A stretch of 64,000 nt of DNA from Candidatus Nanosyncoccus sp. (GTDB lineage Bacteria > Patescibacteriota > Saccharimonadia > Saccharimonadales > Saccharimonadaceae), in contig JAZNDC010000030.1 of NCBI GenBank assembly GCA_045587885.1, positions 1,628 through 65,627 of the forward strand. The letters are read 5' to 3'. Positions 57,914-64,000 of the stretch are shown here, one piece after another. A model generated the notes under the pieces. The model was not told the DNA's origin, ran no database searches, and saw nothing but the letters and a program-made list of their open reading frames with translations. Numbering within the stretch: position 1 is the stretch's first letter; every line of letters starts with the position of its first letter. The position numbers were made by a program, and so were the translations under genes.

Positions 57914-58009
57914 TTGCTTTTTGGATTAAGGTATTATAAGATAAAAGTACAAAAAGGTCATACATTACAAACAAAAAGGTGTGTTAATGCAACAAAAAGG
58001 TCATGCATT
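57914..58009 (+). promoter_or_regulatory. Promoter with two AGGTCAT(A/G)CATT boxes 43 bp apart
   Basis: TTGCTT-N17-TAAGAT; boxes at 57955-57966 and 57998-58009. Confidence 0.7.
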
Positions 58010-59735
58010 TTTGGATGGCATCTCTTTGATGCCGGAAGATAACACCCGCAAAACAAAAACAAATAATAGGCTTGCGGACTACATTTTGTTGTCTTCCAAA
58101 ATTCGCGTAGCGGCATTTATGTCCGCGGCGTTTTTGTTTGTATTTTCTTTGCTTGCAGTTTTTCCGATAGCTAGTAGTTCGGATGATACTCTGGCCACTT
58201 CTCCTAGAGAGAGCGAAACTTCGATGACGATCAGTACTGATGATTTGAATTTACAATTTGATGTTGATGCAATAAAGGGGACTTTTTCGGAAAGTTCAGC
58301 AAATGTAAGTGTAACTACAAATAATATAACTGGGTATACATTAAATATTGTAACTGGGAATACTGGTAATGATGCCGGAAAACTGGTGGGTGAGAATAAG
58401 TCGTTTAATACGATTTCTAGTGCTACTTCGGAAACGGATTTTGCGGCGGAGTCTGCCACTACTATGAATGGACTTTAGGGATACAAGCCGAGCAAAGTAA
58501 ACGGGGAAAGCAATACTGATTATCTTCCTGCGCCTACGGAACAGACTACAATTGAAAGTACTACGGCGCCAAATGCGCAGGCGAATGTGTATGAAATTGC
58601 TCTTGGTGCTAGGGCGGATATGTCTTATGAAGCTGGTGGATATACTAATACTTTTATTATCACCGCTATTGCAAATCCGGTGAGATATACTATTTCTTTT
58701 AATGAAAATACGGAAGACGAAGTTACTAATATGCCAAGCGAGCAGGGTGGTACGACGGTTGGCACGGTGGTAAGTCTTGCTAGTGATGTGCCGGTGAGGG
58801 ATGGGTATGATTTTGCGGGTTGGTGTGATGGCACGGCGAGTGGTGCGGATTGTACGGGCACGGTTTATCAGCCGGGAGATGATTATGCGATTGACCAGAC
58901 TACTGCTAATAATGTAACGCTTTATGCGCTGTGGGGTAGTGATGCAGTGACTTTTGACGAGGCTTTTGCTGCTGCCGAAAAAACCAAAGATACTACTTCG
59001 GGCAAATATAAAATGCAGGATATGACCGCTTCTATTTGTAGTGCTGTTACTACCGGCCAGACCGGCGAACTCGTCGATACTCGCGATAGTACCGTTTATC
59101 GTGTTGGTAAACTCGCAGATGACAGATGTTGGCTGCAAGACAACCTCGCACTAGACCTTACAAACACAGATGTAAAGAATGCTATGTATGATAGTAGCGA
59201 CTCTACCCATGATACTATGACTAACGCCACCAATACACAGCTAGGCTATCTGTTTAATGGCGGACGTAATTCTGAAGATGCTAATACTGACAACCTTCCT
59301 ACTGCAGGTGTAGCTAACTGGACCAGTGACTATAACTATAACTATTCCGTGCCACTAGTAGATATGACAAGCAAAGACGTTGAACCAACTCACTATTCAG
59401 ATCCTGATCCTCAGTACGACGCAGATGACCCGTTAGCCTCAGAAGTTACTGCTGGGCACTGGAAAGTAGGTGGATATTACGACTATTGTGCAGCTTCGGC
59501 CGGTAGTTACTGCTATGGTGACGGTAGTACATATAGTGGTACACCAGTAGACAAACCAAACACTGCCATCGATGCAGAATACGACATTTGTCCATCTGGC
59601 TGGCGCATGCCTACAGGAGGTAGCTATGATGCTACAGCTCGTCCAGATGGCGGTGAATACCAAAACCTATATGACCATTACTCTGGCGCTAGCGGTACAG
59701 GCGAAGGAAGTAGATATGCTAACTTTAGAAACGCT

Positions 59736-59915
59736 CTTAGCCTTCCTCTCTCGGGCTACTTCAACCAAGGCTCAGCGGACTTTCAGGGCTCGATCGGCTT
59801 CTTCTGGTCCTCTACGTACAATAACTCCGATATGTACGGCCTCGGCGCAGATACATCACGTGTCACGTGGTATTACAACGGTCGCAACAGCGGGAGCTCT
59901 ATGCGTTGTATAGCT
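59736..59915 (+). other. Candidate DGR variable region 1
   Basis: End of first FISUMP domain; differs from the paralogous region at codon positions 1-2 while the scaffold stays identical. Confidence 0.6.
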
Positions 59916-60836
59916 AAAGACGGCACGGAGCCTGCGCCAGTCGACCCGGACAATCCTGTGCAGCCGTATCCAGAGGACCCATGTAACAGTAATCCAGATT
60001 GTGATGCTACAAGTGGTGTAACTCTTCAGCGTGCCTACGAAATGGCTTATACTGCTGCACACAAAGGTATGTACGAAGAAATTAATCCAGGCAGCAATAC
60101 ATATCAATATATAGATTCTTGGAATGGCGTGCAGTACCAAGGTGAAGGCAGAGATGTCCGCTTCCTCATCCAAGATATGACCCCAGAGATTTGTAGCACT
60201 GCTACAGTAATTGGTTCACAGACGCTAGTATTAGATATACGCGACCAGACTAGCTACTATATCGTAAAGGCTGCAGATGGCAGATGCTGGATGCAGGATA
60301 ATTTAGCACTGGATCTTACCAATGTAAATGTAAAAAATGCTATGTATAGCGATACGGATACCAATCATAATACGAATACGAATGCCACTAACACGCAATT
60401 AGGCTATCTATTTAATGGTGGGCGTGTTTCTGGAGAATCTACTACGGATAATCTTCCTACTGCAGGTGTAGCTAACTGGGGCAGTTCAAATAGCTACTCT
60501 GCACCACTAATAAATATGGCAAGCAAAGACATAACTAGAGCCGACTTAACAAATCCAGAAGATACGCTAACAGAAGCAGATGACTGGAAAATTGGTGGCT
60601 ATTACAACTATTGTGCCGCTTCTGCTGGTAGTTACTGTTATGGCGATGGTGCAAATTGGGGTACACCAGTAGACAAACCAAACACAGATATTGATGCAGA
60701 ATACGACATTTGTCCATCTGGCTGGAGAATGCCTACTGGTGGAGCAAGCGGTGAATATCAAGCTCTTGCTACTATCACCAATGGAGCTTCAGGGAACATC
60801 TATGATTCTACTAAATATACAGCCTTTAGAAATGCT

Positions 60837-61037
60837 CTTAGCCTTCCTCTCTCGGGCATCTTCAGCTATGGCTCTACGTACAATCAGGGCACCTACGGCA
60901 ACTTCTGGTCCTCTACATATTATAATGACAACTATGGCAACTGTATGTACTATCTAAGTGCCTATACGTCCAATATCCGCCCGCAGGAATACAGCTATCG
61001 CTTCATCGGTAGCTCTATACGTTGCGTAGCTCAGTAG
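60837..61037 (+). other. Candidate DGR variable region 2
   Basis: 3' end of gene; LPLSG.F..GS...QG..G.FWSST...MY.L.A.TS.....R..GSS.RC.A layout. Confidence 0.65.
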
Positions 61038-61201
61038 TCTTAGAGAAGAGATTCCGTTTCAGTTCTTTACGTTCTCTAATCTCTGAAAAAGGCACTCTAG
61101 GCCCATCATTTAAGCCTATCCATTTTCACGAAAATTTTTATGCATAATAATATCTATGGTGGGGGTTGTAGATTTTACTATTCTATGCTAGAGTGCTGGG
61201 C

Positions 61202-61654
61202 ATGGATAAAATAGATAGAAAATACAAAGAATGGTTTGGTGTAAAAGCTGATATCCAAGCTAGAAAGAATAAGCCACATTTTAAGGAATGGCAGATTTGG
61301 TGGTGTGCTGTCGGTGAGAATGTTGGCGTTGAAATAAATGGTAAGGGGATGAAATTTGCCAGGCCGATTGTAGTATATAGAAAATTAAGCGAATATGGTT
61401 TTGTGGGCATTCCTCTTACGACACAGGATCATACTGAAACGTCACCAGATTGGTATGTTCATTTTAGATTTAGAGGCATAGATGAGTATGCTGCTTTGCA
61501 CCAAGTGGAGTCTGTGAGTGTCTATAGACTCTATCGTTTTGTCGGAACGTTGGATGATGAAGACATTGATGTCGTAAAAAATGGCTTTAGGAAACTATAT
61601 ATAAAAAATACCCCTTCCATAAAGAAGGGTGTGGCGGGAGAATCCCGAATATGA
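61202..61654 (+). CDS. PemK/MazF-family toxin, no adjacent protein antitoxin
   Basis: WWCAVGENVGVEINGK...RPIVV...GIPLTT...Q...VS..RL pattern. Confidence 0.8.
   Translation: MDKIDRKYKEWFGVKADIQARKNKPHFKEWQIWWCAVGENVGVEINGKGMKFARPIVVYRKLSEYGFVGIPLTTQDHTETSPDWYVHFRFRGIDEYAALHQVESVSVYRLYRFVGTLDDEDIDVVKNGFRKLYIKNTPSIKKGVAGESRI
61600..61652 (-). ncRNA. Candidate ~50-nt antisense sRNA over the PemK 3' end
   Basis: Minus-strand TTGTAC-N17-TATAAT (61687-61659) with TG extension; hairpins cggga-ttc-tcccg and cccttc-tttatg-gaaggg followed by U-tract. Confidence 0.5.
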
Positions 61655-61730
61655 CTTTATTATAGCATATTAGGGTATTTTGTACAATAGGGTTGGCAAG
61701 GGGGACAATCTGTGGTATAATTAGTCCACT

Positions 61731-61997
61731 ATGATAACAAAAGAGAATAAGGACAAGGCTATTGCCAAGGTTGCCCGCAACAAGGCAGACGTTGGTTCTC
61801 CTGAAGTTCAAGTTTCGATTTTGACGGAGCGCATCAAAGAAGTGACTGAGCACGTCAAAGCTAACAAACATGACTTTATGGCCAAAAGAGGTTTGATGCA
61901 AATGGTAGGGAAGCGCAAGAAGCTTCTCAAATACCTAGAAGAGACCGATTTTGAGCTATACAAGAAGACTGTTAAGAAGCTCGGCCTCAGAAAATAG
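61731..61997 (+). CDS. rpsO: 30S ribosomal protein S15
   Basis: DVGSPEVQVSILTERI...H...NKHD..AKRGL.QMVGKRKKLLKYL. Confidence 0.97.
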   Translation: MITKENKDKAIAKVARNKADVGSPEVQVSILTERIKEVTEHVKANKHDFMAKRGLMQMVGKRKKLLKYLEETDFELYKKTVKKLGLRK

Positions 61998-62127
61998 TTT
62001 TGAGTAAAAGAAAACCCGCCTGATAGAGGCGGGTTTTTGTGGTATACTGGGATTAGTATAGCTGACTAATAACAATTTAATTCTAAAAACCATTACTGAT
62101 GGTTTTTGTTTTTTTGTAAAGGAAAGA

Positions 62128-62541
62128 ATGAATAAAATAGAATTAGAAAAAGTACCCAAAGATAAAGTGGGTAGAATTGAAAAGAATGGCATAAAACTAG
62201 AAGATCATGAAGAAAAGACAATTAGATTTTTGTTGAAATACGGTTTTAACATTGAACTGATTCGCCCAGTAAGTATCCCAAAGATGAACAATCCTGATAT
62301 TTTGGTGTCTGGTGCGATTTGGGAGATAAAAGCGCCGACTAGTTTTAATGAAAACAAGTTAAAAAAGAGGATAAAAAAAGCTTCAAGGCAAGCAAGCCGC
62401 GTGGTTTTTGACCTTAGAAATATGAATAGGGATTATGAAAAAGCCGGGATATTTTTAGAAAGAATGTTTGATGGTAATGCGACTATAAGAAGAATGATTA
62501 TTATTGAGAAGAAAGGAAAAGTCATTGAGTATTATAAATAG
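62128..62541 (+). CDS. Stand-alone PD-(D/E)xK nuclease, CdiA C-terminal toxin-like
   Basis: DHEEKT...GFNIELI...NPDILVSGAIWEIKAP...KKASRQASRVVFDLR. Confidence 0.65.
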   Translation: MNKIELEKVPKDKVGRIEKNGIKLEDHEEKTIRFLLKYGFNIELIRPVSIPKMNNPDILVSGAIWEIKAPTSFNENKLKKRIKKASRQASRVVFDLRNMNRDYEKAGIFLERMFDGNATIRRMIIIEKKGKVIEYYK

Positions 62542-62610
62542 ATGTAGTATAATCAAGGTAATGAGGGCGACCCCGTTCTTAATTGAGCGAGGCCAAGCCC
62601 TCTTTTTTTG
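62525..62610 (+). ncRNA. Candidate promoter + ~50-nt hairpin RNA downstream of nuclease
   Basis: TTGAGT-N17-TATAAT (62525-62553), then gagggc...cgttc-ttaatt-gagcg...gccctc + T7. Confidence 0.4.
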
Positions 62611-62650
62611 ACAAAAAAAGACCCCGCCTGTAAAAGCGCGGGGTTTTTGG

Positions 62651-63304
62651 TCAGTTCGTTGTTTCGGGGATTGCTTTTTTATTGATTGATTCGTAGATTT
62701 GATCTCCGAATCCATCAATTTTTTCCAGAGCTTTCGCAGTTTGTTTAAAAATTCCGCGAAACTCTTCGGGGAAGTTACCTTTATTCTTATAAAGGTAATG
62801 TTCCAGCTTTGCCCAAAGATCCATGGCGCAGGACCTAATCTGTACTTCTACGGGGATCAATTCTGTACCGTCTTCGGTATAAATTTCTACATTTACTATT
62901 AGATGAAGAGATCTATACCCATTTGGCTTTGGGTTTGAAACATAATCCTTTGTTTTTACAACTGACATTCCAGGGAAATGTCGAATCGCGTTTTCAACGT
63001 CTTTGATTTGTTTTCTAAACAAAACAATAATACGCTGTCCTGCGATATCGTTAACACATTCAAGGATTTCTTCTATCGTTGCGTCTTCGATTTTTGCATT
63101 TTTTTCCTGGAACTTTTTTGTTATTTTATTCCAAAGACTCTTCCATTCTTTCATGCGAAAGACTACGTCAGCGGGGATTTCTTTTCCGCTACTTTCCATC
63201 AGGGAGAGGCAATTCTTGCTTCTTGTGACAACTAGAAAAAGTGCCGCCTGATATTTCGGTTGGATTTTGGAATAAAACTCTTTTTTAAATAATTCTTCTG
63301 TCAA
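62651..63304 (-). CDS. Small alarmone synthetase (RelA/SpoT SAS, (p)ppGpp synthetase domain)
   Basis: DIAGQRII, KDYVSNPKPNGYRSLHLIV, VEVQIRS.AMDLWAKLEH; TTG start. Confidence 0.88.
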   Translation of the reverse strand: MTEELFKKEFYSKIQPKYQAALFLVVTRSKNCLSLMESSGKEIPADVVFRMKEWKSLWNKITKKFQEKNAKIEDATIEEILECVNDIAGQRIIVLFRKQIKDVENAIRHFPGMSVVKTKDYVSNPKPNGYRSLHLIVNVEIYTEDGTELIPVEVQIRSCAMDLWAKLEHYLYKNKGNFPEEFRGIFKQTAKALEKIDGFGDQIYESINKKAIPETTN

Positions 63305-63451
63305 TTTTTTTCACCGCCCTTCATTGTTTTTTTGAAGAAGAAATGCAATTAGATATAATTACCCAATCCTCACTATTATATCATACTTACGCTAAAAAGT
63401 CAACGTCTCAAGGGGTAAAAAGTGTGATATAATAGAGATAACATTAACAAA

Positions 63452-63507
63452 GGGAAGACGGCAGATACGTTTTTCTGGTAACAGAGGCACATATCTGATG
63501 TTTTCCC
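63452..63507 (+). promoter_or_regulatory. Long hairpin in the pnp 5' leader
   Basis: gggaagac/gttttccc, cagata/tatctg, tctg-gtaa-caga; -10 TATAAT at 63428-63433. Confidence 0.6.
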
Positions 63508-63525
63508 AAGAAAGGAATATTTTTC

Positions 63526-64000
63526 ATGGATATTATAAATCCAAATGGCAAAAAGACTCTCCGTGTAGAAACGGATTGGCTAGGCCGCAAGCTTACTCTA
63601 GAGGTAAACAGAGTAGGTTTTCGTACCACCTCTTCTGTGCTTGTAACCTATGGCGACACCGTAGTACTAGGTTCAGTAGTAGTTGGCACCAAACCAGTAG
63701 TGCAGGATTTCTTCCCACTATCTATTGATTACGAAGAAAAATTCTATGCAGCTGGCAAAATCAGTGGTTCTAAATTTATCAAGCGTGAAGGCAAGCCAGC
63801 TGACGAAGCTGTGCTCGTAGGTCGCCTGATTGACCGTCCAATTCGCCCACTATTTCCAAAGGGTTATCGCCAAGAAGTACAGGTAGTTTGTACAGTACTA
63901 TCTATGGACCCAGCTTTTCGTCCGGACTGTGTAGCAATGCTTGCTGCATCGGCTGCCCTTATGAACGCTGGTGTACCATTTGATGGCCCGGTGGCCGGTA
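63526..64000 (+). CDS. pnp: Polyribonucleotide nucleotidyltransferase (5' part, runs off window; not in ORF track)
   Basis: Translated by hand from ATG 63526: YGDTVVL, DFFPLSIDYEEKFYAAGKI, KREGKP, RLIDRPIRPLFPKG, GVPFDGPVAG. Confidence 0.96.
   Translation, partial: MDIINPNGKKTLRVETDWLGRKLTLEVNRVGFRTTSSVLVTYGDTVVLGSVVVGTKPVVQDFFPLSIDYEEKFYAAGKISGSKFIKREGKPADEAVLVGRLIDRPIRPLFPKGYRQEVQVVCTVLSMDPAFRPDCVAMLAASAALMNAGVPFDGPVAG

Larger units (their letters stand above)
57987..61037 (+). pseudogene. Surface protein (WxL-like module, B-repeat, two FISUMP/CLec domains) split by an in-frame TAG at 58476-58478
   Basis: ORFs 57981-58478 and 58587-61037 share a frame; NGL*GYKPS matches paralogue NGLWGYKPS at ~26418-26444. 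Confidence 0.85.

Noticed and set aside
59050-61037. A/C-rich codon bias as proof of horizontal capture of the FISUMP tips
   Set aside because: pnp and other highly expressed genes nearby show similar bias; not separable by eye without computing skew and codon usage.
1-64000. Alternative genetic code (UGA=Gly as in Gracilibacteria, or UAG recoding to explain 58476)
   Set aside because: Core genes are uninterrupted under code 11. TGA ends genes cleanly (2514, 19726, 47775) and TAG ends grpE, 32458, 41422, 44509 and 61037.
1-64000. CRISPR array, integrase, transposase, reverse transcriptase or DGR template repeat
   Set aside because: No regularly spaced repeats, no recombinase/transposase/YADD-type motifs in the ORFs, and no AAC-rich copy of the VRs seen in the window.

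Overview
Chromosomal window from an AT-rich, reduced-genome bacterium read with standard code 11. Gene content (short HrcA/GrpE, minor-pilin cluster, PulE/PilB ATPase, VirB6-like protein, LPXTG/DUF11 protein, tRNA-Ile(UAU)) suggests Ca. Saccharibacteria (CPR/TM7); this is inference. Housekeeping genes (yebC, aspS, adk, hrcA, grpE, rplY, fba, tpiA, folD, murB, recA, recX, truB, rpsO, partial pnp) and six tRNAs are interleaved with accessory loci. Main points of interest: (1) a family of modular surface proteins ending in Fibrobacter-major-paralogue (FISUMP/CLec-like) domains; one member (57987-61037) is split by a TGG->TAG change and carries two C-terminal regions that look like DGR variable regions, with no RT or template repeat in the window; (2) a ~2 kb single-gene segment bounded by perfect 19-bp inverted repeats (candidate invertible switch); (3) ~100-140 bp palindromes inserted in frame in recX and truB, plus three intergenic ones; (4) two orphan toxin-like nucleases, each paired with a tiny promoter-hairpin-terminator transcript (candidate RNA antitoxins); (5) widespread leaderless gene starts. 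All family assignments come from motif recognition by eye; no database searches were run.
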